64,000 nucleotides of DNA, from contig NC_043020.1 of assembly GCF_006345805.1 (NCBI RefSeq), positions 4,588,001-4,652,000 of the forward strand. The letters run 5' to 3'. Of this stretch, positions 53,666 through 64,000 are shown one piece after another; within the stretch, counting starts at the first letter, position 1, and each line of letters begins with the position of its first letter. Both the position numbers and the translations under genes were made by a program. The stretch comes from Octopus sinensis (Eukaryota). A model generated the notes under the pieces. That model ran no database searches and had not been told where the DNA came from. It saw nothing but the letters and a program-made list of their open reading frames with translations.

Positions 53666-54281
53666 TTACATACATACATACTCACACACACACACAGAAG
53701 ATCTTGGAGTGTCTAGCACCTAAGTTTGAGACTGAAAACTATCCCAATCCCTAAACTGGATGCCACTGCATAATACTAAGGATCCTGCTGTCTTCATCTA
53801 AAGTAAATACCAACTACTGTAATCGTTTAAGTTTCAAGGCCCATAGCTTTTCGATATCTTACGGAAATCCCCCATAGATCTACGAGGTGTAGATAAAGGC
53901 TGTTTAGACAAATTTTAATCAGAAGTACCAACTCAGCGCACATCGCGACAAGAAACGCAAAGAATTTGTCCCTGTCACTGCTTCTCCTGAACTAAGTTCG
54001 AAGTACTCGTAAAGTAGCAATCATACAAGTTGCGGTACACCAGTTATGGCCACATCTTCTGGTTTAGGCCAATAAAAACATATTTTAGGTTTATACACGT
54101 CTGAATGTATTTGTTGTGTGTGGCTGTGCGTATATTATTTTAGGTGTAATTATTTTCATAGAAAACTCTGGAAAAGCTCTGTAATTCATCTCTAGATCAA
54201 AAATAAACTCATAATTTTTAGTTTGATATGGTTTGTGTTTTGGTTTGCTTGAATGTTTTTTCAACATGTCGTTCAACTTAC

Positions 54282-54436
54282 CTTCCCAAAGTATACAGGA
54301 CTTCTCCACCAATAATGTCGGAATCTTTTTCAGGCTTTGACTAACAACGTCAGCACTTGCTACCTTTTGGATTTCTCTGAACTCTAGTCCCTTACTTTCA
54401 AATTTTAACTGCGTCTTCGCTAAAATACTGCCGTTT
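54282..54436 (-). CDS. SEA-domain exon 3 (phase 2->1): NGSILAKTQLKFESKGLEFREIQKVASADVVSQSLKKIPTLLVEKSCILWE
   Basis: Acceptor tttttatttccacAG and donor G|GTAAGT. 155 nt = 1+153+1, with an open frame. Contains the SEA GSxx motif. Phase is compatible with the giant exon. Confidence 0.85.
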
Positions 54437-54779
54437 CTGTGGAAATAAAAAGGAAATTAAATTGTATTTGCTATGAAAATTGTTTTATAAAATTGTTACT
54501 TTTGTTTTTAACTCATATGTTTTTCAGGTGGTAACTTAAACCGGTTTTGCTCTTAGTTCGCATTGCAACACAGAAATGTGAGGCTCTGGATGGACACATA
54601 AAAATGCGATTGCTTGAATATGCATGGACACTCTCTGATGACACTCCTCTGCCAAAGACCATCAAGCTACCCCCAGACGTGTACCCCATTTGTAGAGGCA
54701 GAAGTGAAAGGAGCTTAATTCGACTTGTCTAATTATAATACTGACCTGAGATAAATAGATATAGTTGTTATATGCAATA

Positions 54780-55560
54780 TGGATGAAGTAATAATATTTT
54801 CTTTATTGGAATGAATATGTGCAAGGACCGAAATTTAGTTTTCACATGGATCTGTGTTGTTTTTTTAATCATGCCCCAGGCATTTGTATTATTGTTCTTG
54901 TTTTCTGTCCCGAAATTTTGGTTATTCCCTATTTCCAGATCTAAATACCTGGATACTTTCTCCATTTCCTTTAGAATTATATGATCAAAAGGGCGATACG
55001 ATAAGGAGGCACTTCCTTTCTTGCGGCACTTGTTAACAATATCTGATTGATTAATCTTGATCTTCTTGTATGAAGTACTCTATCCCAGACTATGTTTGAT
55101 TTGTCAATTTCTAGGACTTTTGTAGGACGTTTCCTTAATTCCAGTGTAAGTAAACTCAGATTCTTTCATGCATGCGGATGTATTTCCTCTTGATTTAGAC
55201 TGGAGAGTCAAAGGCGATGGAATTAAATGCTTCTTTCCGACTCCCATATATTTTAGTTTTACATTTACTTCATTATGTGTCTTTGGTAGTTTCTGGTATG
55301 GAGGCTTTGATTTAGAAAACTCTTTTCTTCCTTTCATTCAGGGCGTCTGTTTTTCTTGTCAAATATTCATCATGTACGAGTTTTCTTATCCTAGTTTAAG
55401 CATCATATCCTTTCAGCCAATATTTACCCTCGATTCTAGCATTTCATTTTTATTTTGCCTTCATATCTATCCGTCGTTTCGGCCTCTTTTTATGTTGTAT
55501 CAGCTCCTTGAAGATAGAAAACTTTTGCATTTTATTTGCTTCTTTTTTGTTCAGTCCTTG
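54780..55560 (-). mobile_element. Strongly decayed 3' fragment of an R4/Dong element
   Basis: KEMEKVSRYLDLEI...AWGMIKK resembles KEMEKLSKYKDLEIE...ALGMIKK of the element at 31316-34888. Confidence 0.6.
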
Positions 55561-55564
55561 TTTT

Positions 55565-56961
55565 GTATTTGTGTTTATATTTCTCACATTCACGAATTTT
55601 CTGTTTGTTGTAGTCACGACTTTTCCTCCTGACAAACTACTTATTTTTTCTTGTTTGTTCCATTTTCCTATCATTCTAGTTTTGTAGTGCGATTTTATGT
55701 CCTGTAAACCCGCAGCGAAAACAGTTTCCTTTTTTATACGGATAATCTTTTTTTAGGTGCATCCTGCCACATGCCATTGATGGGTCTTTATCCCAACACT
55801 CTTTCAGTTTTTTCTGCAACACTTTGTCTTGCGATGTTTTTGGCACTGGTCTTAAGTGGAAACACTCTTTCCGTTCAATTTCTTCCGTGTCATGCCTTAA
55901 TTTTAATATCCTCTCACACTCTTCCGACAGTTTCGGCAGTGTCAAATCCTGGTTCATTTCCAGTTTTAATAGAATATCCATTCTGATTTCTGCATCCCAT
56001 CTATCAGTCAATCCTTGTGCAAAAATCAAACACTTGACAGAGACTGGGGTAAGCATATCCAGCTTAAGTCTCTCACATTCTTTGTTGACTCTGCTTGTGT
56101 AAGCAGTGAAGACTTCATCGTCGGTCTTTCCTTTCTTTAAACATTTTCATCTAATATTAAACAGTGACCTCTTTCCACAAATCTTTTAGCACAAAATGTC
56201 GAGTGTTTCGCAAAAATTTATATCAGACGCATTTTATATATATATATGAATTTACTATATTTCTCATACTTTGCTGTCCCTAATTTTCTTAAAACTAGAC
56301 GCGTTTTCATATCTTCCGTCCAATCCTGGCATTCTTTTTCAAAGATTTGTTGAAATCCTCGAAAGTTACATCTTCGGGATCATATTTGAATTCGCTTATG
56401 GAATTTGCTACAATATGTGTAACATTTTCCGCTGCAATCTTGGTTATCGTTCTCGTTGTTCCTTGAGTTGTTGTTGTTGTTTTTGTAACTCAATTATCCC
56501 AGATACAAAATCTTCCATATTTTACGATTTTCGTAAGTTTGCACAAGAGTTTTGTTTCATTTTTGTCGAGGTATTTAATTATCCACGTGAATTAGTTTAA
56601 ACTCAGCGTGTGAATGTTTCTTACTTTATTTTTTTTCACTCCGCGTAAATTTGTCTTTCCTCGTTGCAAAGCGGTCTGTTACCACCTTTGTATCTGTCTT
56701 TTGACGACGGTTGTCGCTCTGGCAGATATTGCTGTACTTCGAAGTCGTTGATAGACTGTTTCTATCTGGTACTGAACCAGCCCCAGTCGTACAGTGTTAT
56801 TATCCTCAACAGGTTGGATCGTTATAACATTCACTCAGTAGAATTACTAGATCAGAACAGACACGACTATCAATACGTAACTGTCGACCGGCAATTGATC
56901 TATTTATAAAGGCTGGATCCTACCACTTTTTACCGGAGGGGTGTAGTTTCACTATACAACA
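55565..56961 (-). mobile_element. Ty3/Gypsy LTR-retrotransposon remnant: probable 5' LTR (~56676-56961), gag, start of protease
   Basis: gag-like NSISEFKYDPEDVTF and CLIFAQGLT...DAEIR...KL; zinc knuckle CFRCGFTGHK. The minus strand starts TGTTGTATAG at 56961, with a TATAAATA box and a degenerate PBS-like 'tttgcaacgagg'. No 3' LTR was found. Confidence 0.7.
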
Positions 56962-57049
56962 GTGTGTAGCGCAAAGTTTTCAAAACGTTTTCATCATTCT
57001 CGACACAATCGGTCTCCTGGCCGAATATGATCTGAAATAGCCAACTACA

Positions 57050-57325
57050 CAGAAAGGCTAATGTGAAACCAATAAGAGAAACTATTGAAGCAAGGAGATT
57101 GAAATGACTGGGTCGAGTTTGTCGCTAGGATCGCTTTGCAATGGGTTCCACAAGGTAAAAGAAGACGTGGCCGATCAAAGGAAACGTGGCGGAAAACAAT
57201 AACAAAATATCTTAAAAGCAGAGAGGCTTAAAATTGGAAGATGCTGTCAAGGACGCCTTCCGTTTAGGGGGATTGGTCTTGCTGTAGCCTCAAGTGCCAC
57301 AAGGTACAATAGGAACCGAATGAAG
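57050..57325 (+). mobile_element. RTE-clade LINE 3' fragment
   Basis: ALQWVPQGKRRRGRSKETWRKTI resembles the RTE C-terminal (W.P.G.R.RGRP..TW) signature. Confidence 0.65.
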
Positions 57326-57368
57326 GATAATGAATGTCACTTTGATGGCATGTACTGCTCTCTCAGTC

Positions 57369-57436
<68 letters not shown>

Positions 57437-57439
<3 letters not shown>

Positions 57440-57895
57440 AGCAAATATTTTGCTCAATACCACAGATTTGCTTGTCAGTTGTTTGACCTTGACCAGTTGA
57501 GCATGTCCCTTAGTGGCTGACGATATGTGCATCTCTGATCACGAGCAGAGGTAGTGGGGGAGCATCATAGCCGTGTGTTGAGAGGGATTCTTTAGGGTTT
57601 TAATAGTTCACCTCTGGAAACATAGGTGTTTCGTTCAACACCCTTAAACAACCCTTATTCAGGGACCATTTGAGCGGGATGGGTTACTCGACCAGAAGAA
57701 AATTCTAACTGGGACCCACCTGCAAGATCATGTGCTGTTTATCTTGATATGAGATCACCATGTCGCGCACATATGGCTGTGATGCATGTGCCTAGTGTAC
57801 CCTTATCAGAAGGGTAGTCATGATGGGTATACTGGGCTTCGTATATTTTACCCCAGTGTCACTTTAATGGCATGCACTTCTCTCTCACTCACTCA
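57437..57895 (+). mobile_element. ~460-bp non-coding element flanked on both sides by (AAT)n
   Basis: It ends 'gtcactttaatggcatgcacttctctctcactcactc(aat)n'. The same terminus ('gtcactttgatggcatgtactgctctctcagtc(aat)n') sits at 57338-57368. Confidence 0.65.
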
Positions 57896-57907
57896 ATAAT
57901 AATAATG

Positions 57908-57945
<38 letters not shown>

Positions 57946-57961
57946 CAGGAAAGATACCCAC

Positions 57962-58032
57962 CGAAGTTCAGTGACCGAACTACCCGTGTAAAGTAGACTT
58001 AGAACGGTGTCATTCTTCATTGCATTGTCAAT
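57962..58032 (-). CDS. SEA-domain exon 2 (phase 0->2): IDNAMKNDTVLSLLYTGSSVTEL(R)
   Basis: Strong acceptor ttctttcgttttttttttcattctAG and donor CG|GTGGGT. 71 nt = 69+2. It joins exon 3 to give TELR-NGSIL. Confidence 0.85.
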
Positions 58033-58084
58033 CTAGAATGAAAAAAAAAACGAAAGAACATATATATTTATTAGATATATATAT

Positions 58085-58300
58085 AATCAAAAGAAGTAAG
58101 AAGTATATCCGAGGTAATGTGGTACGATCGTTTCATGCTACTTCATTTTATTAAACACTGTAAGCATTACATCAGTTTTAATATGTCGAGCAACCTCAGC
58201 CACTTATAGAAATTTTCCAATCAAACGGACAATGCACATTCTTATCCATATTTCGTTTGCCAACATTATAAAGAGGGTAGATATACAGACAGAGAGGTTA
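58085..58300 (-). repeat. Second copy of the hammerhead-bearing repeat (core damaged)
   Basis: Minus strand: gtgg-CTGAGG-ttgct...agca-t-GAAA-CGATCG-TA-ccac. Confidence 0.6.
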
Positions 58301-58339
58301 ATTTCATTTTTAAGAATATGATAGTATTAAATCTACTCC

Positions 58340-58399
<60 letters not shown>

Positions 58400-58402
<3 letters not shown>

Positions 58403-60260
58403 CGGCGTTGCCCGGTTACATTCAATTGAAGAATTATACTTTTCTGTTATATATATATATATATATATGGATACACGCACACACACGCACACACAAATAT
58501 ATGTATATTAATATAGATACATGAAAGTACATGAAGTTTGTTAAAAAAAAGGGGATCATGTATATACCTCCTGGCTGTTGAGATTATAACACCACGTTGT
58601 AAACAATGTTCCTTGTTTTTCCTTGTGGAGCATATACAAAAAGCTTTCTTTTGGTTCCTACTCTTGAGCAGCCAACATACAGTTGCCTATGCGAGAAGCA
58701 GGGCTCTTCCAAGAGAAGACCAGCTACAGAGAGGGTTTGATCCTGAGATTTGTTAATGGACATGGCAAAGCTGACACGAAGGGGGAATTGCAGTCTTCTG
58801 AATGTAAATGGAATTTCTGCTCCTGATGGAGTAAGAGGAAATCTTGGAATAAAGACGTCATCACCTTTTCCACATCCAGAAAGAATGATCGCCTCGATAA
58901 CGTGTGATATCATTTTCTTTATCACCAGTCGTGTTCCATTGCAAAGTCTTGGTGGTTCCAGATTGCGGAGTAGCATTACAGGAGTTCCAACTTTAAGTGG
59001 TATGTGTGGAGGTAGTCGAGGAGGCTCCAGTGAATTGAGAAATTCAGGAGGATAGTTCACAACTTCATTTATATCTGGAATTGTATTAACAGACTTGTAA
59101 GTTTGTATAGTGCCGGGAAGAGAATGCATTAGCTGTTGATTAATTTTGTTAACAGCGACGTTTTTTGGAGCTAATATTGCTCTTTCACACAGCCAATTGT
59201 GATTTTGGTAGTTTTGTGTGAAGTTGGGAAAGACTTTGTTTTTGAGGTCATCTACAGAATTAACAACAGAGGAAAATGACCACACTTCCATTTGTCCTGC
59301 AGCATCGAGAGGCATCTTGCCTTCACCAAGTGTCAAAATGTCCTGTGCAAACTTTGTGGACATTTTGTCGCCGTGTAGCTGAGCTCTCATGTTAGTGGTG
59401 AGACTAAAGATTGTAACATGATGCCACAGGGCAGAGGACTTTAGGCATGCTTGAACTTCATCAGCTCTAGTGCCTTTCGGAATGACAGGAAGAGTTTGCC
59501 TGAAATCACCTGACAACAGAAGCGTTACACCTCCCTTTGGAGCCTGACAGTCTCGGATGTCTTTCAGGGCTCTATCTAATGCTTCCAAAGCTCCCTTGTG
59601 AGCCATAGTGCACTCATCCCAGACAATTACATAACACATTTTAAGTACTTGTCCCTGATCTGAGCTTTTGTTGATGTTGCATGAAGGCATTTCGGATGCT
59701 GCTAAATTGAGAGGGAGTTTAAAAGTTGAGTGTGCTGTCCTGCCACCGGGTAACAAAGTAGCTGCAATGCCAGAGGAGGCTACAGCTACTGCAATGTCCT
59801 GATGCTACCTAACTTCTGCAAGGAGAAGCTTTGTAATAAATGTTTTTCCTGTCCCTCCAGGAGCATCGAGGAAGAAGATTCGTCCCTCGAGTTGGCGTAC
59901 ACTGTTAAGAATAGTTCTGTAGGCCTGCAGCTGGTCCGGAAGTGATTTAGGCTCATTTTCAACAATGTACTTTGAAAGCGCTTGAGTGTCGTAGGTTGTT
60001 TCACGAATGACAGCAGTGGGAAGGCTATTTGACCCTGACCTGAATGCTTGTGGCAGGCCATACGTCGACAATTCATTTCCACCCAGTTTAGCAATTCTGT
60101 CTTCAACGTCAATGAGTGTTTTGTTATAGATTTCATTGCTGATACCCTCCATGTCAGAATACAGCAGTTGAGCTTGGCGCTGAAGGGGACAATATTTTTG
60201 AGATTCCGGTTCGAATGTAAGGCAGGTTTGAAAGTGTTCCCAACGGTTATTAGTTGTAGT
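58400..60260 (-). mobile_element. 5'-truncated Helitron (PIF1-family helicase region, one in-frame stop) with 3' hairpin
   Basis: FLDAPGGTGKT (Walker A), VASSGIAATLLPGGRTAHS, IVWDECTM, GDFRQTLPV, LCNGTRL, FAMSINKSQ. TAG at 59805-59807. Hairpin ACCGGGCAACGCCGGGT at 58400-58416. Confidence 0.9.
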
Positions 60261-60327
60261 GGTAGAGTGTTTATGCCGAATATGTACGTATGCATGTATA
60301 TAGATGTATGTATGCCTGTATATATGT

Positions 60328-60465
60328 ACAAAATCCACTGAGAAGGCTTTTGTTGGTCTGAAGCTACAGCAGAAGACACATGCCAAGTCACCACACAGTG
60401 GGACTGAACCCAGGATCATGTGTTTGGAACGTAGTTTGTTACCACACAGCCACACCTGCCCCTAT
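60328..60465 (-). mobile_element. tRNA-derived SINE 5' part
   Basis: Minus strand: 'gtggctgtgtggtaa' (A-box-like) and 'ggttcagtccc' (B-box-like). Confidence 0.75.
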
Positions 60466-61522
60466 GTATGTGTGTGTGTGTGTTCATATGTGTGTATGGG
60501 TAGATATATTATGCATGTATATATGTGTATATATATGTGTACATATTACATGTACATCTATGTATATATCTCTACACATAAAATACAAAATACAAAGTTA
60601 TATCTTGATATCGCTAGTGATAACAATACTCAAAATATACAACAGACTGGAATTGTAGGCCCGTCTCTTGCAATTTCGATCAATTGGATCTTGTCCTCCC
60701 TCTTGTATAGAAGTGTACGGCTGCAGCGAAATTTATTTTTGGACTTTCTTCTATCGAAGGCATTTTAACAAAAATGCTTCCGTAAAGACGGTGAAAATAT
60801 TGTCAATTTCCCCAAACAGGGACACAATTCAATTTTTAAACAATAACGAAAGCCCCTTCTCCGAAAGCGGGAGGGCTACGGTTTACAATTATTTAACAAA
60901 TGCAACACAACAACCTTTCCCTGACGAGGAACCAACAAACGTGATTACAATAGTCAAACAGTAATAATAATAACAACAAACCTTTTTAATTTATCCCCAT
61001 TTATGTGAAACCACTTATTCAAGTTCAAGTCATTGATGCAATTTGATACGAATTGCTAATACACACACACACACACACACACACACCACACACACACACA
61101 CATAATAAGGGTGAAACATTGAATATTAATTTGATTAATATGAATTGAAGACCTGTGGTGTAGCATATAAGACCATAGCGGATCTTCTTCTAGCAAAAAC
61201 GATGACCACTATTAATGACTCATTCCTGTTATATAATACTTTCACTTTAATAGTTTCACACTTGCAAAGAGAAAGTAGGAGAAAGTGTGGTGGTAATAGC
61301 AGGAGTAAACCACTTGAAATGAGAGAGGCAAATCGTAAAATATTGAGTTTTCTCGAATTTTTGCTTAATTGGGGGTCAAATTGAAAAAACTTTACATACC
61401 ATGACCCAATCGAATCTACTTGGAAAAATCATAGGTAAATTCCAATTGAAGAAATTCTATATTGTAGAATTGTATTAAAAAGAAACATGGGAACAGGCAG
61501 AGAAAATCTGCCTTTTATCATA

Positions 61523-61636
<114 letters not shown>

Positions 61637-61821
61637 ATTATATTCATGTATGTATGTATTTATGTGTGTATGTATGTACGGGTGAGTGGACAAGCGAAAA
61701 GAAAAGGCATGCAACACATTTAATAGAGTTTACATATAGTGTTGATTAAAACAATTTGCTTCGGGCCCATGCGACTTAAAGTTCTGTAGGCTTCTGTAAC
61801 AATCCTACCAAATTGTTTTAA

Positions 61822-61839
61822 ATAATAATAATAATAATA

Positions 61840-61881
<42 letters not shown>

Positions 61882-61897
61882 TGATGATAATAATGAC

Positions 61898-61929
<32 letters not shown>

Positions 61930-61937
61930 TAATAATA

Positions 61938-61988
<51 letters not shown>

Positions 61989-61989
61989 C

Positions 61990-62060
<71 letters not shown>

Positions 62061-62082
62061 TTAAAATAATAAAAATAATAAA

Positions 62083-62118
<36 letters not shown>
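61822..62118. repeat. ~300-bp (AAT)n microsatellite
   Basis: Direct reading. Confidence 0.97.
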
Positions 62119-62119
<1 letters not shown>

Positions 62120-62126
62120 TACCTAC

Positions 62127-62245
62127 CTTTTCAGTAATTTCCCGTCGTTTTTCTATCGTTAGTTTGTTTTCCGGATCTGTATATTCCTTCTTGTAAGTTT
62201 CGTTGAAGTACAGGTCCACATTCATCGTCCTTTTCACTGGATCAA
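62127..62245 (-). CDS. SEA-domain exon 1 (phase 1->0): DPVKRTMNVDLYFNETYKKEYTDPENKLTIEKRREITEK
   Basis: Acceptor tttcttgttttctgtattatAG and donor AAG|GTAGGT. 119 nt = 2+117. It resembles the SEA N-terminal F-N-x-T-Y...D-P pattern. Confidence 0.8.
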
Positions 62246-62270
62246 CTATAATACAGAAAACAAGAAATTC

Positions 62271-62305
<35 letters not shown>

Positions 62306-62501
62306 CAGCAGCAGCAGAAGTAGTAAGTTTCCGGCTTTTTGCGCTCTGACTTCAAAAGCTGCTGTCAGAAGTTAACGTTGCCTTTCGTCCTCTCGAAGTC
62401 GATAAATTACCAGTCAAGTACTGAAGCCAAGGATATCGACTAAACCCCTCCATGCAAACACTACTGACCTTCTAACAAAATTAGAAACCATTCTTCTTCT
62501 T

Positions 62502-62532
<31 letters not shown>

Positions 62533-62547
62533 GTATTATTATTATTA

Positions 62548-62590
<43 letters not shown>

Positions 62591-62603
62591 TACTACTATT
62601 ATT

Positions 62604-62639
<36 letters not shown>

Positions 62640-63140
62640 CTTGCAGTTGTTGTCTTTGCACAGCTTCTAACGCTGGAGATGTACTGCGGTGTCAGCTGTT
62701 CACCACCAATGAATTAAGGTAACACCACAAATTTTTCGAGCACCACCCGGAGTATTCGAACAGTTCCATGTGTTTTCTGCAAGTTCTCCACCCTTATTGC
62801 AGCCCCTATTTGTTCCGTGTACTTCTCAACATTTTTACTCACTGTTCCCAGGGCTCCGACAATTATTGGTACTACTACCTCTTTTTTCCAGCAACACAAC
62901 CGCTTAACCTTCCAAGCTAACCTGCCATATCTATCGACTTTTCTTTCTTCCTTATCGCATAGTTTGTTGTCAGCTGGGCATGCTATGTCTATGATCCAGC
63001 ATAGTTTGCTTTCTTTCTCAATTAAGACTATGCATGGTCGTACTGAATTGTAAAATCCCATAGGATTTTTGCATTATCTTTTTCGATGATGCTTTCGGGT
63101 TTATGTCCGTACCACTTTTTTGCTCAGTCAAAGTGTCCAA
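62640..63140 (-). mobile_element. 3' fragment of a different R4-clade element with (AAC)n(AAT)n tail
   Basis: RLE-like IIDIACPADNKLCDKEERKVDRY...VVVPIIVGALG. Tail tract at 62535-62640. Confidence 0.75.
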
Positions 63141-63321
63141 TGGACAATCCTTGTTATATTGTCATGACATTATTATTATTGCAGCGTGGGAGGTGTTTAT
63201 AAGCCATTTAAGAAACACACAAAACCGTTAGATTCACTTCAACATTTAAATTTAATTTGTCAAAACATTTTCGTCGATTTGAAACCGCGACCTGTTCACT
63301 GACAAAGCTTCGTGCTTTATT

Positions 63322-63527
63322 GATCATTAGTTGATCTTTACAGCCATATGAGCCTTTGCGGCACCCTTTCTGCTCTTCTGGAAACAGGTCGTTTTAATCC
63401 AGGTGCCTGTTCAATCTTTGTGATATTACTACAGTGAATGCTTTGTACATTGTAGGGAGACAGGTTATAGGTCTGTAGTTTTCTGGTTTTGCTGCCTCAT
63501 TGGATTTGGGAATTAAGATGGTTTTCC

Positions 63528-63528
<1 letters not shown>
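63322..63528 (-). mobile_element. Short R4/Dong RT fragment starting directly at an (AAT)n tract
   Basis: GKTILIPKSNEAAKPENYRPITCLPTMYKAF, near-identical to 33180-33380. Confidence 0.85.
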
Positions 63529-63587
<59 letters not shown>

Positions 63588-64000
63588 CATTGTCATTTAC
63601 TTTTAATCTGCATGTTTGATGCAATCACCTGCCGGGGCACACCCAGCGCCCTAGGGCAAGTGAAGGTTAAGAGTTGTTGAAATATAGCTGAAAGCTTGGG
63701 GAGGGGAAGTAGAGATATATCTCCATGTAATGCAAACACAAACATTTACATTGATAGGGTTTTTCTAAGGATGTGGGCAGTACTTGTTAGCACAATCTTT
63801 TGGATTTCCTTGAGACATGGTTTTCCAGGGATGTTGTCTAGGTGTTTCTGACATCCCTTTTTTATCATACCTAGGGCACCTACAATAACAGGAACAGTTT
63901 TTGTTTTAAGATTCCACATCCTCTGTATTTCGATTTCCAGGTCCTTATATTTACTAAGTTTGTCAAATTCCTTGACAGATACATTTTTATCAGTGGGGAC
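63588..64000 (-). mobile_element. 3' end of another R4/Dong element (continues beyond the window)
   Basis: KEFDKLSKYKDLEIEIQRMWNLKTKTVPVIVGALG...HILRKTLSM* (stop at 63746-63748). The 3' UTR ends in (AAT)n at 63529-63587. Confidence 0.85.

Noticed and set aside
54745-54800. Alternative SEA middle exon ending CTCAG|GTCAGT
   Set aside because: No in-phase acceptor, it overlaps a decayed R4 fragment, and 57962-58032 fits much better.
63190-63310. Three-way fold (tttgtca/tgacaaa, gtcg/cgac, GAAA) as a hammerhead
   Set aside because: It lacks the CUGANGA core. Kept only as an unclassified repeat.

Overview
AT-rich, microsatellite-dense animal DNA. The SINEs and repeats look cephalopod/Octopus-like, which is an inference from recall, not a search result. 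A 100-N scaffold gap (31216-31315) splits the window into two unrelated halves. LEFT HALF (1-31215) is a subtelomere with no credible protein-coding gene. It is a mosaic of mutually duplicated blocks carrying SINEs, CR1 and Penelope fragments, a buried degenerate telomere tract (7303-7363), a 34-bp CpG-rich minisatellite and a 12.4-kb G-rich 15-bp satellite with higher-order structure. It ends in a (TTAGGG)n array whose polarity marks a chromosome end. RIGHT HALF has a near-full-length R4/Dong non-LTR element abutting a TAA microsatellite. It also holds a minus-strand mucin-like gene: three spliced SEA-domain exons (62127-62245, 57962-58032, 54282-54436) followed by a 10.5-kb single exon of TTEEPTT(T)V repeats (37398-47926). 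The introns contain Penelope/Neptune, Ty3/Gypsy, Helitron, RTE, SINE and further R4 remnants, plus candidate minimal hammerhead ribozymes. Most long ORFs in the supplied track are artefacts of tandem repeats.
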